Origin: an uncultured Clostridia bacterium
GTDB taxonomy: Bacteria; Bacillota; Clostridia; Oscillospirales; CAG-272
Direction: 5' to 3'
NCBI GenBank assembly: GCA_947632135.1
Contig: CANRNZ010000002.1
Span: forward strand, 1-48,055
DNA: 48,055 nt
The notes beneath the pieces were generated by a model. The model ran no database searches. It was not told the origin of the DNA and saw only the letters and a list, made by a program, of their open reading frames with translations. The position numbers and the translations under genes are program-made. Below, piece after piece: positions 1 to 9,200 of the stretch (the stretch's first letter is position 1; each line of letters opens with the position of its first letter).

Positions 1-24
1 TCCGCAGAGCGCGAAAGCTCCGAT

Positions 25-78
25 ACGCGTTCTTTTTGCAAAGCTTTTTCCTCGGCTTTTGAGTCAAGAAAAAGCGTC
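25..78. repeat. Dispersed repeat family B, copy 1 (54 nt)
   Basis: ACGCGTTCTTTTTGCAAAGCTTTTTCCTCGGCTTTTGAGTCAAGAAAAAGCGTC. It differs at 2 positions from 47783-47836 and has the same orientation. Confidence 0.95.
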
Positions 79-143
79 TGTCGGTTCGCACTGCATAAAG
101 GGGCGGGGCGCAAAACAGGGAGCTTGCAAAAAGGTCCTAACAG

Positions 144-220
144 AAACTAACTTTTCTGACGCTTTTCTTTGACGCAATCGGCCGGGAGAAAAGCTTCAAA
201 AGAAACGCCAAGCGTCGGGG
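144..220. repeat. Dispersed repeat family C, copy 1 (about 77 nt)
   Basis: AAACTAACTT..GACGCTTTTCTTTGACGCAATCGGC....AGAAAAGCT.CAAAAGAAACGCCA...TC.GGGG is shared with 47978-48055 in the same orientation. Confidence 0.9.
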
Positions 221-259
221 CGCCGCCCCGAACCCCGCAAGCTTTTGAAAAAGCTTGAC

Positions 260-333
260 CAAAACTTTTGTGTTGGGTAAGTGCGAACTTTGAAAAAGGC
301 GCGCGAAAACTTTTGTGTCGTGTCTGTGCGAAC
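260..333. repeat. Dispersed repeat family A, two tandem-ish copies (260-292 and 304-333)
   Basis: The core GAAAACTTTTGTG(T/C)(T/C)G(G/T)GT(A/C)(A/T)GTGCGAAC is also present at 36467-36500 and inverted at 47658-47694. A partial copy lies at 38511-38540. Confidence 0.9.
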
Positions 334-450
334 AACGTGCGAACACAGCAAAAAATAAAAATCCCCCGTTACAAAATAAATCTGCCGAGCTATTGAAAAT
401 GTCATAAATTTTTGATAAAATTAGACTGATAATCTGCCTTGTCTTATTTT

Positions 451-517
451 ATCGTATATTATCGTATATTATCGTATATTATCATATATTATCATATATC
501 ATCATATATCATATATT
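451..517. repeat. 10-bp tandem repeat ATC(G/A)TATAT(T/C), about 6.5 copies, 100 nt upstream of potB
   Basis: Read directly: atcgtatatt x3, atcatatatt, atcatatatc x2, atatatt. Confidence 0.95.
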
Positions 518-616
518 GCCGTTTTTGAAAAGTTATGACAAGTGGCGCGGCCTATGCCGCACTTCAATATCATAACATAATGTAACGACGGGGAAACGGA
601 GCAGAAGTCGAATAAA

Positions 617-1561
617 ATGAATAAAAAATCTAAAATACTTGCTTTTCCGTACTATATTTGGACAGCTCTGTTCGTTATTGTCCCTCTCCTTCTTATAGTA
701 TTTTTTGCCTGCACGACGACAGTTAAAATCGGCGCGGACGGAAATATTCTGAGCGATGAGGAAATCGAAGCCGTTACCGCGGAATATGAGGCAAATTACG
801 GCGACGACGCCGCCGAGATGATGAGCCGCGACGGCGCTCTGACCGAGAAAACGGTTTTTACATGGGACAACCTTTTTGCCGCCAGCAGCTATATGCCGAC
901 TCTCATTAACTCAATCTGGCTTTCCCTTATCGCTACGTTTATATGCCTGCTTATCGGATACCCGACGGCGTATCTTATATCGCGCATGAGCTTTTCAAAA
1001 CAGAAAATTATGCTGATGCTCGTTATGCTGCCGATGTGGATGAATTTCCTTCTGAGAACGTACGCCTGGATGACGATACTCGAAAACAACGGCCTTTTGA
1101 ACAGGCTTCTCGGCCTTGTGGGGCTCGGCCCGTTTCAGTTTATAAACACACCGGGCGCCGTTGTTCTCGGAATGGTTTACAATTATCTCCCGTTTATGAT
1201 ACTGCCGCTGTACTCAGTGATGACGAAAATAGACGAGCGGACGCTTGACGCCGCAAGGGACCTCGGCGCCGGTGCAGGGAGCGTTTTCTCGCGTATTGTT
1301 CTGCCGCTCTCCGTTCCCGGAATCACCTCGGGGATAACGATGGTTTTCGTTCCCGCGGTGAGCACCTTTATTATATCAAAGATGCTCGGCGGCGGAAAAA
1401 ACATGCTGATTGGCGACCTTATAGATTTGCAGTTCCTCGGGAACGCCTACAACCCTCACCTCGGCTCGGCGATTTCCCTTGTTCTGATGGTATTTATTTT
1501 ACTGTGCATGAGTATAACAAACTCCATGGATGATGAAAACTCGGAGGTGATGCCGCTGTGA
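617..1561 (+). CDS. potB: ABC transporter permease, spermidine/putrescine type (PotB-like)
   Basis: 314-aa multi-helix hydrophobic ORF with the binding-protein-dependent permease EAA loop (DERTLDAARDLGAGAGSVFSRIVLP). Its stop overlaps the next permease start (GTGA at 1558-1561). Confidence 0.85.
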   Translation: MNKKSKILAFPYYIWTALFVIVPLLLIVFFACTTTVKIGADGNILSDEEIEAVTAEYEANYGDDAAEMMSRDGALTEKTVFTWDNLFAASSYMPTLINSIWLSLIATFICLLIGYPTAYLISRMSFSKQKIMLMLVMLPMWMNFLLRTYAWMTILENNGLLNRLLGLVGLGPFQFINTPGAVVLGMVYNYLPFMILPLYSVMTKIDERTLDAARDLGAGAGSVFSRIVLPLSVPGITSGITMVFVPAVSTFIISKMLGGGKNMLIGDLIDLQFLGNAYNPHLGSAISLVLMVFILLCMSITNSMDDENSEVMPL

Positions 1562-2361
1562 AGAAAGTATTTTCAAGGCTTTGCCTCGCATTTGCCTTTC
1601 TCTTTCTCTACGCTCCGATTGGAGTTCTTATCGCCTATTCCTTCAACGCCTCCAAAAGCAGGACTGTGTGGACAGGCTTTACTCTTGACTGGTACTACAA
1701 GCTCTTTCACAACGAGACGATAATGCGCAGTCTTTTGAACACTCTTTTTGTTGCCCTCGTCGCCTCGGTGATTGCAACGGTTCTCGGTACTGCGGCGGCA
1801 ATGGGTATCTATAATCTGAAAAAAAGGACCCGCGCGCTCGTTATGAACATAACGTACATGCCGATAATGAATCCCGAGATCGTGACAGGCGTTTCGCTTA
1901 TGCTTCTTTTCGCCTTTGTCGGCCTCGACCCCGGATACACGACCCTTATTCTCGCCCATGTCTGCTTTTGCGTGCCTTACGTCATTCTCAACGTTCTGCC
2001 GAAGCTGCGGCAGATGGATATGAGTCTGTGCGAGGCGGCAATGGACCTCGGGTGCAGCGGGCGGCAGGTATACGGCAAGGTGATAATTCCCGAGATAATG
2101 CCGGGCATACTTACGGGCTTTCTTATGAGCGTTACCTATTCGATAGACGATTTCGTCATAAGCTATTTCACCTACGGTCCGCGCTCTCAGACCCTGTCGA
2201 TTACGATTTATTCGATGACCCGCAGAAAGGTCAGCCCCGAAATAAACGCGCTCTCCGCGATAATTTTTCTCGTTATTCTGAGCGTTCTTCTTATAATGAA
2301 TTTTTCGGACATAAGAAGCCACCGCAGAGAGGTGAGGAAAAAGAGGAGGTACGACGCATGA
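1558..2361 (+). CDS. potC: ABC transporter permease, spermidine/putrescine type (PotC-like)
   Basis: 267-aa ORF with about 6 hydrophobic helices and the EAA loop MDMSLCEAAMDLGCSGRQVYGKVIIPEI. Translationally coupled to its neighbours on both sides. Confidence 0.85.
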   Translation: MKKVFSRLCLAFAFLFLYAPIGVLIAYSFNASKSRTVWTGFTLDWYYKLFHNETIMRSLLNTLFVALVASVIATVLGTAAAMGIYNLKKRTRALVMNITYMPIMNPEIVTGVSLMLLFAFVGLDPGYTTLILAHVCFCVPYVILNVLPKLRQMDMSLCEAAMDLGCSGRQVYGKVIIPEIMPGILTGFLMSVTYSIDDFVISYFTYGPRSQTLSITIYSMTRRKVSPEINALSAIIFLVILSVLLIMNFSDIRSHRREVRKKRRYDA

Positions 2362-3734
2362 CGGGAAATATAACGCATACGACGCATATGAGAGGACTAC
2401 TGAAAAAAAGATTATTCTCCTTTTTTCTTGCCGCTCTTACAGTTTTTTTCGTCTCCTTTTCTCTATCCTCCTGCGGCGCGGGGTTTGGGTTTTCCGAGGA
2501 TATCGAGGATATCGAGGATACCGAGGATACCGAGGATACCGAGGACTTAGAAGATTCGGAAGATTCCTTTGACGCTCTCTCCTCCCTTTCCTATTCAAAC
2601 AGCGTCGACTGGGGGCGCTTCAGAGGTCAAAACGTCACGATAAACGTATACAACTGGGGCGAGTACATTTCGGTCGACGACGGTGTGGACAGCTTTTTTG
2701 ACACTGTAAAGGAGTTTGAAGAGCTCACGGGGATAAACGTCGAGTACACGACCTTTTCGACAAACGAGGAAATGTATGCGAAAATGAAGTCGGGCGGGAC
2801 GTCTTACGACATCGTGATACCCTCGGATTACATGATTTCAAGAATGATAAACGAGGGAATGCTTGAAAAGCTCGACTTTTCAAATATTCCGAACTTCGGC
2901 TATATTAGAGAGGACTTAAAGAACCCCGAGTACGATGCGAAAAACGAGTACTCCGTTCCGTACATGTGGGGGGTCGTCGGTATAATATACAACACGACCC
3001 TCGTCGACCCCGAGGACGACGTATTCTCATGGGACATACTGTGGAACGAAAAATACGAGGGCAATATTTTCATGTTCTCAAATTCAAGAGACACCTTCGG
3101 CATAGCCCTTAAACACCTCGGCTACTCATACAACACGACGGACGAGGAGCAGATAAGAAACGCGGCCGCCGCGCTGACAGAGCAAAAAAGGCTCGTTCAG
3201 GCTTATATCATGGACGAAATATTTGATAAAATGGGCGGCGGAGAGGCGGCGCTCGCGCCGTACTACGCGGGGGACGCTCTCGTTATGATGGAGGACAACC
3301 CCGACCTTGCCTTCGCTGTGCCGAGGGAGGGGACAAACCTCTACGTCGACGCAATGTGCGTGCCGAAAGGCTCCGAAAACAAAGAGGCCGCCGAGATGTT
3401 TATAAATTTCATGTGCGAGACGAAAACGGCTCTTGCCAACTGCGAGTACGTAATGTACTCTACTCCGCACACCGAGGCGTTCGGCTACCTTGACGAGGAA
3501 ATACAAAACTCCGTTTCATATCCGTCAAACGAGGTTCTCGAAAAGGCCGAGGCTTACGTCTCTCTTCCCGACGAGACGACAAAGCTCGTCGACGGGCTAT
3601 GGACTGACCTTATGTCGTCGGGCAGCGTCAGCCCTTACGCCGTTCCCGTATTCATCGCGGTCTGCCTTGCGCTCTCCGTTTCGATAAACATCGTGAAAAA
3701 CAGGAAAAAGAAAAGGGAAAAGGGAATAATTTAA
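2358..3734 (+). CDS. potD: Polyamine-type ABC substrate-binding lipoprotein (PotD-like) with an acidic repeat linker and a C-terminal TM anchor
   Basis: ATG 2358 overlaps the potC stop (ATGA), with AAGAGGAGG 8 nt upstream. The part of the track ORF upstream of 2358 overlaps potC and is not coding. Signal peptide has lipobox LSSC. PotD/PotF-like motifs YNWGEYI, YDIVIPSDYM and VPYMWG are present. The C-terminus YAVPVFIAVCLALSVSINIV followed by KNRKKKREK looks like a TM helix. Confidence 0.8.
   Translation: MTGNITHTTHMRGLLKKRLFSFFLAALTVFFVSFSLSSCGAGFGFSEDIEDIEDTEDTEDTEDLEDSEDSFDALSSLSYSNSVDWGRFRGQNVTINVYNWGEYISVDDGVDSFFDTVKEFEELTGINVEYTTFSTNEEMYAKMKSGGTSYDIVIPSDYMISRMINEGMLEKLDFSNIPNFGYIREDLKNPEYDAKNEYSVPYMWGVVGIIYNTTLVDPEDDVFSWDILWNEKYEGNIFMFSNSRDTFGIALKHLGYSYNTTDEEQIRNAAAALTEQKRLVQAYIMDEIFDKMGGGEAALAPYYAGDALVMMEDNPDLAFAVPREGTNLYVDAMCVPKGSENKEAAEMFINFMCETKTALANCEYVMYSTPHTEAFGYLDEEIQNSVSYPSNEVLEKAEAYVSLPDETTKLVDGLWTDLMSSGSVSPYAVPVFIAVCLALSVSINIVKNRKKKREKGII
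2496..2567 (+). repeat. In-frame 9-bp tandem repeat (GAGGATAYC-like, 8 copies) inside potD
   Basis: Encodes EDIEDIEDTEDTEDTEDLEDSEDS directly after the lipobox. Confidence 0.95.
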
Positions 3735-3750
3735 ATTTTAAAAATTTTTT

Positions 3751-3856
3751 GCGGGGGAAGCTTTTATAAAAGCTTCCCCCGCGCCCCTTTTAAAATTTTC
3801 GGATTTATTTATATTTTATATGACGGTATAACGGAGGCGGCGCATGGCGCCGCCTC
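3751..3856 (+). terminator. Two hairpins downstream of potD (3751-3782 and 3834-3856)
   Basis: The first is GCGGGGGAAGCTTTT-ata-AAAAGCTTCCCCCGC followed by GCCCCTTTTAAAATTTT. The second is GAGGCGGCGC-atg-GCGCCGCCTC followed by GATTTTCGTCTGATTTT. Confidence 0.55.
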
Positions 3857-3882
3857 GATTTTCGTCTGATTTTCGCCTTATT

Positions 3883-3911
3883 AAAAAATAAAAAAGCCCG
3901 ATGAGACGGGC
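3883..3911 (-). terminator. Candidate terminator of the purA/HAD transcription unit
   Basis: Minus strand reads GCCCG-tctcat-CGGGC followed by TTTTTTATTTTTT, about 110 nt beyond the HAD stop. The stem is short (5 bp). Confidence 0.5.
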
Positions 3912-4019
3912 AAAATTCACCCCCCGATTATATCTAATATAAATATTTTAAAAGTTTTGGGGGGCGCGGGGGACTTTTTCAAAAGTCCCCCGCAAAAAAC
4001 ATTACTTTTATTTAATTAT

Positions 4020-4796
4020 TTAATTATTCGGCACCTCTCCGACGCCGTCGAGGACGTATCCCGGACGGTACGGGAACATGTCTATTTCGTCTCTTGACGT
4101 ACAGCCCGAGAGGACGAGCACAGTATCAAGTCCCGTTTCCACACCGGCTATTATATCGGTGTCCATTCTGTCGCCTATCATAACCGCCTCGGCGGAGTGG
4201 ACGCCGAGCATTTTAAGTCCCGTTCTCATCATGAGGGGGTTCGGCTTTCCGATAAAGTACGCGCTTTTGCCCGTCGCAAGCTCTATCGGCGCAATGAGCG
4301 CGCGGCAGGCGGGAATTATCCCCTGCTCGGACGGACCGGTGAGGTCGGTATTTGTTCCTATGAGCTTTGCGCCGTTTCGGACAAAGGAGACAGCCTGAAC
4401 TATGCTCTCGTAGTTATAGTTTGCCGTCTCGCCGACTATGACGTAATCGGGGTTTATATCGTTCATCGTGACGCCGACGTCGTACAGAGCCTTCACAAGC
4501 CCCGGCGCGCCTATGACAAACGCGGTACAGCCCGGGGACTGACTGCTTATGAATTTGGCGGTTGCGAGCGCGCTCGTATAAAAATGGCTCTCGTCAACCT
4601 CAAGGCCCATTCGCGCGAGCTTTTGTCTCAGCTCCTGCGGCGAGCGCTCGCTTGAATTTGTGAGGAAGAGAAATCTCTTGTCCTCCCTGTAGAGCCAGTC
4701 GACAAACTCCCGAACTCCGGGAAGCAGCCTGTTCCCGTGATATATGACGCCGTCCATATCACATATAAACCCTTTTTTATCGCGCAGATGTTCCAT
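4020..4796 (-). CDS. HAD-IIA family sugar/nucleotide phosphatase (NagD-like)
   Basis: 258 aa. HAD motif I is DMDGVIYHG, motif II is LTNS and motif IV is GDRMDTDI. The overall layout is typical of the NagD/AraL subfamily. Confidence 0.8.
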   Translation of the reverse strand: MEHLRDKKGFICDMDGVIYHGNRLLPGVREFVDWLYREDKRFLFLTNSSERSPQELRQKLARMGLEVDESHFYTSALATAKFISSQSPGCTAFVIGAPGLVKALYDVGVTMNDINPDYVIVGETANYNYESIVQAVSFVRNGAKLIGTNTDLTGPSEQGIIPACRALIAPIELATGKSAYFIGKPNPLMMRTGLKMLGVHSAEAVMIGDRMDTDIIAGVETGLDTVLVLSGCTSRDEIDMFPYRPGYVLDGVGEVPNN

Positions 4797-4820
4797 ATTT
4801 TATATCACTACCTCCAAGTG

Positions 4821-4868
4821 TATACGAAACGTATACGAAACGCATACGAAACGTATACGAAAAATACG
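4821..4868. repeat. 11-bp tandem repeat TATACGAAACG, about 4 copies, between the purA stop and the HAD start
   Basis: Read directly: tatacgaaacg tatacgaaacg catacgaaacg tatacgaaaaatacg. Confidence 0.95.
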
Positions 4869-6143
4869 TTATTTTACCTCGATATACTGTTCCCTCGAGG
4901 GGCCGACGGAGATATATTTTATTTTGCAGTCGGTTTTCTTCTCTATATATCTTACGTACTCGAGCGCCTTTTCGGGCAGGTCGCCGATATCGCGGCAGTC
5001 GGAAATGTCGCTCATCCAGCCGTCAAGATATTCATACACAGGCTCTGCCTTTGCGAGAGCGTCTCCTGTCGGGAATTTTTCGGTCAGCGCGCCGTCGACC
5101 TTATATGCGACGCACACCGGTATCTTTTCAAGATATGAGAGAACGTCCATTTTTGTGAGGGCTATGCTGTCCGCGCCCTGAACTCTGACGCCGTAGCGGG
5201 ACGCGGGAATGTCAAAGCCGCCGACGCGGCGGGGTCTTCCCGTTGCTGCGCCATACTCGTTTCCCGCGGCGCGGAGCTTCTCTCCCTCTTTGCCGAATAG
5301 CTCGCAGGTGAAGGGCCCCTCTCCGACGCAGCTCGAATATGCCTTCATTATGCCGATACTCTCGTCAAGCTTTATCTGCGGTATACCGGCGCCAATCGGC
5401 GCGTATGCCGCAATCGTCGACGAGGACGAGGTGTAGGGGTATATGCCGTAGTCGATATCGCGAAGAGCACCGAGCTGAGCCTCGAACATTATGTTTTTCC
5501 CGTCTTTTGCCGCCTCGGTGAGGTATTCGCTCGTGTCGCATATATAGTCCGCAAACGGCGCGGCGTACGTGTTGAGCCAACTCAGCATATCCTCAGCCGT
5601 GACGGGCTCGGCGTGATATCCTCCGCATATAGTGAGATTTTTCCACTCGACAATGTCCGAGAGCTTCTCTTTCAGTCCGTCTTTGCTCAGAATATCTCCC
5701 ATGCGCAGTGTCTTTTTCATGAATTTGTCAGCGTAAACCGGAGCGATTCCGCGCCTTGTCGAGCCGAATTTTTTATCGGCGAGTCTGTCCTCCTCGAGGC
5801 AGTCGAGCAGCTTGTGATACGGCATACAGATCGTCGCTCTGTCGCTTATCTTTAAATGCTCGGGAGTTATTTCGATGCCCGCCTCTCTCAGCCTTGAGAC
5901 CTCGCCGTAAAGATGCTCGACGTCTATCACCATTCCGGGGCCCATAACGTTTACCGTGCCGGGGCGAAGTATACCCGAGGGAAGCAGATTGAGTATGAAT
6001 TTTCCTCTTTCGTTGACGACTGTGTGACCGGCATTGTTGCCTCCCTGATAGCGCACGACGATGTCATAATTTTCGGAGAGAAGGTCTACCATTCTTCCCT
6101 TTCCCTCGTCACCCCAGTTAATTCCCACTATAGCTGTAAGCAT
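4869..6143 (-). CDS. purA: Adenylosuccinate synthetase
   Basis: 424 aa with motifs GDEGKGRMVD (P-loop), QGGNNAGHTV, STRRGIAP and ATGRPRRVGGFD. Confidence 0.95.
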   Translation of the reverse strand: MLTAIVGINWGDEGKGRMVDLLSENYDIVVRYQGGNNAGHTVVNERGKFILNLLPSGILRPGTVNVMGPGMVIDVEHLYGEVSRLREAGIEITPEHLKISDRATICMPYHKLLDCLEEDRLADKKFGSTRRGIAPVYADKFMKKTLRMGDILSKDGLKEKLSDIVEWKNLTICGGYHAEPVTAEDMLSWLNTYAAPFADYICDTSEYLTEAAKDGKNIMFEAQLGALRDIDYGIYPYTSSSSTIAAYAPIGAGIPQIKLDESIGIMKAYSSCVGEGPFTCELFGKEGEKLRAAGNEYGAATGRPRRVGGFDIPASRYGVRVQGADSIALTKMDVLSYLEKIPVCVAYKVDGALTEKFPTGDALAKAEPVYEYLDGWMSDISDCRDIGDLPEKALEYVRYIEKKTDCKIKYISVGPSREQYIEVK

Positions 6144-6269
6144 ATTTTGTTTTCCTCTTTTTTCTTTTTTCTCTTTTGTTTATATACCTTTTATATTTAT
6201 TATCTTCGCTGTTTTGCGCCGCGAAAGCTTTCGGATAAGCTCAAAACAGCTTAAATAATATTTTTTTAT

Positions 6270-9200
6270 TTATATATTTACGGCGTCGTCCTCTTCGATA
6301 AGCTCACGGTTCTCATCAAGAACGGGACGTATGCAGTCCTTTATAAAGACTTCCGTCTGCCTCGGGGCAATGCCTATGAAATTTTTCACGTTTACTATTT
6401 TTTCAAGCTCCTCCTCGGTCACGCCGAAACGGCTGTCCGCGGCGATCCTCGAGAGAAGGTCGTTGTTTCCTCCGTGCAGCTTGATTCGCTTTGTCACGTC
6501 GACAGACAGCTCGCGGATAGCCTCGTGGAGCTCCTGACGGTTGCCGCCCTTTTTGACGCAGTACATCAGTATATTTTCCGTCGCGATATACGGAAGCTCT
6601 TCTCTCAGGTGCTTCTCCATGACTCCCGGATACACGCTGCCGCCTTTTACTATGTTTGTGTAAAGGGTGAGTATGCCGTCCGTCGCAAGGAACGCCTCGG
6701 GAAGGCTTATTCTCCTGTTCGCGCTGTCGTCAAGAGTTCTCTCGAGCCACTGCGTCGCGGCGGTAAAAGCGGGGTTGAGCGAATCGGTTATAACGTACCT
6801 CGCAAGGGAGGCTATCCTCTCCGCTCTCATCGGGTTCCTCTTGTACGCCATGGCGGAGGAGCCGACCTGCTTTTTCTCAAACGGCTCGTCAAATTCCTTG
6901 AGGTGAGACATAAGACGAATGTCCCCCGCGAATTTCGACGCGCTCTGCGCGATGCCCGACAGTACGGAGACGATGAAGTAGTCTATCTTTCGCGAATAAG
7001 TCTGACCGGAAACGGGAATGCACTTATCAAAGCCCATCTTCTTTGCTATCAGATTTTCAAGTCTGAACACCTTTTCCTCGTCCCCGCCGAAAAGGGAGAG
7101 AAAGCTCGCGCCGGTTCCCGTAGTACCCTTGCAGCCTGGGAACATGAGAGAGCCGAGAACGTCGTCAAGTCGCCAAAGGTCAAAGAGCAGCTCCTCAGCC
7201 CAGAGCGTCGCTCTCTTTCCAACAGTCGTCGGCTGAGCCGCCTGAAAATGGGTGTATGCGAGAGTGGGGACGTCCTTATGCGCCTCGGCAAAATCGGCGA
7301 GCGCCGAAAGGGTCGACAGGAGCTTTGACTTTATATGGAGAAGCGCTTCGCGCATTACTATCATGTCCCCGTTGTCGCCGACGTAGCAGGAGGTCGCGCC
7401 GAGATGGATTATAGGCGCGGCTTTGGGGCATACCTCGCCGAAGGTGCGGATATGAGCCATAACGTCATGGCGCAGGGATTTTTCGTACTCTCTCGCTCTG
7501 TCGTAATCTATATCGTATATATGTGCCTTCATTTCCTCTATCTGCTCATCGGAAATGTCAAGCCCGAGCTCCTTTTCGCTCTCGGCAAGAGCTATCCAAA
7601 GCTTTCTCCATGTGGAAAACTTATTGTCCGCCGAAAATATTCTCTGCATTTTTTCCCCGGCGTATCTTTCGCAAAGGGGACTCTCGTATCTGTCGGCTTT
7701 GACAAGCCCCAAAAACAGCGGGTGCGCTTTGTTCGGGCGGCTCTTGAACTCCGGGTGGAACTGGACGCCGACGTGGAAATCGTTTTCGGGTATCTCTACC
7801 GTCTCGACGATGTTTCCGTCCGGCGACGTTCCGCTTATTTTAAGACCTTTTGCGCTGAGAGCTTCTCTGAAATCGTTATTGAATTCATATCTGTGACGGT
7901 GGCGCTCATGTATCAGCTCCTTACCGTAGCATTCGTACATTTTGGTTCCGACAACGACGCGGCACGGATAAGCGCCGAGGCGAAGGGTCCCTCCCTTTTC
8001 GATGCCCGAATACTGGTCGGGGAGAAAATCTATCACCTTGTGAGAGGACATCTCGTTGAATTCACCGGAGTCGGCGTCCTCCATACCGCAGACGTGGCGC
8101 GCGAACTCTATGACCATTATCTGCATGCCGAGGCAGATCCCGAGATAGGGGACGTTGTTTTCCCTCGCGTATCTCTCGGTCGCGATTTTTCCCTCGATTC
8201 CGCGGTTGCCGAAGCCGCCCGGGACAAGGATTCCGTCGAGCGCGGAAAGCTTTTCCTTCGCGTTTTCCTCCGTCACGCTCTCGCTGTCGATCCACTCGAT
8301 ATGGACGCCGGCGCCGGTCTCATATCCCGCGTGGCGGAGCGCCTCGGCGACGGAGAGGTACGCGTCATGCAGCGCGACGTATTTTCCGACAATGCCTATC
8401 GTCACGTCCTCCTTCGGGCTCTTTATCCTTTCGAGCATCTCGCGCCAGCCGTCAAGGTCGGGCTCTCTGTTCTCAAGTCCGAGCTTGCGGCAGACCGCGG
8501 CGGAAAGGCCGTTTTTCTCGAGCATTATCGGCGCCTCGTAAAGGGTGTCGAGGGTGAGGTTTTCTATAACGGAGTCCTCTGTTACGTTGCAGAAGAGAGA
8601 TATCTTTTTGAATATGCTCTTTTCGAGTGGTCTGTCGCAGCGAAGGACTATGACGTCGGGCTTTATTCCCATTCCCTGAAGCTCCTTGACGGAGTGCTGG
8701 GTCGGCTTTGTCTTATGCTCGTCCGAGCCGCTGAGGAAAGGAACGAGGGTGACGTGTATGTACATCGCGTTCGAGGGGCCGACCTCAAGGCCGACCTGAC
8801 GGATTGCCTCGAGAAACGGCTGGCTCTCGATGTCACCCGTCGTGCCGCCTATCTCCGTTATGACGATATCAGCGCTCGTCTTTTTTCCGACGCTGTATAT
8901 GAAGTCCTTTATCTCGTTTGTTATATGCGGTATCACCTGAACCGTATGTCCGAGATACTCGCCGCGCCGCTCCTTGTTCAGCACGTTCCAGTATACTTTT
9001 CCCGTAGTCAGATTTGAAAATTTGTTAAGGTCCTCGTCGATAAATCTCTCATAGTGTCCAAGGTCAAGGTCAGTCTCCGCGCCGTCCTCCGTGACGTATA
9101 CCTCTCCGTGCTGGTAAGGACTCATCGTTCCGGGGTCGACGTTGATATAAGGGTCGAGCTTTTGAGAGGCGACCTTATATCCTCTCGCTTTAAGAAGTCT

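Noticed and set aside
137-405. Three overlapping 62-69-aa ORFs at the left edge and a 91-aa ORF at 47732-48007.
   Set aside because: They are read-throughs of the dispersed repeat modules A-D. The same sequence is open in several frames and recurs in non-coding contexts, so they are not genes.
1573-2322. 249-aa minus-strand ORF. Similar antisense ORFs lie at 10536-11291, 13237-13827, 14851-15425, 16861-17460, 17824-18477, 35123-35731, 35741-36154 and 37023-37547.
   Set aside because: All lie opposite confidently assigned genes and show no motifs or translation signals.
1968-2357. Upstream 130 codons of the 588-aa track ORF (the potD frame).
   Set aside because: This part overlaps potC out of frame and has no binding-protein similarity. 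ATG 2358 has an RBS and the ATGA coupling, and it starts the lipoprotein signal peptide.
7335-9017. 560-aa ORF on the + strand, the longest unexplained ORF in the track.
   Set aside because: It lies entirely antisense to the PyrG half of the fusion gene. It has Arg/Leu/Val/Ala-rich composition with no recognisable motif, no RBS and no signal. This is the typical shadow ORF of GC-rich coding DNA.
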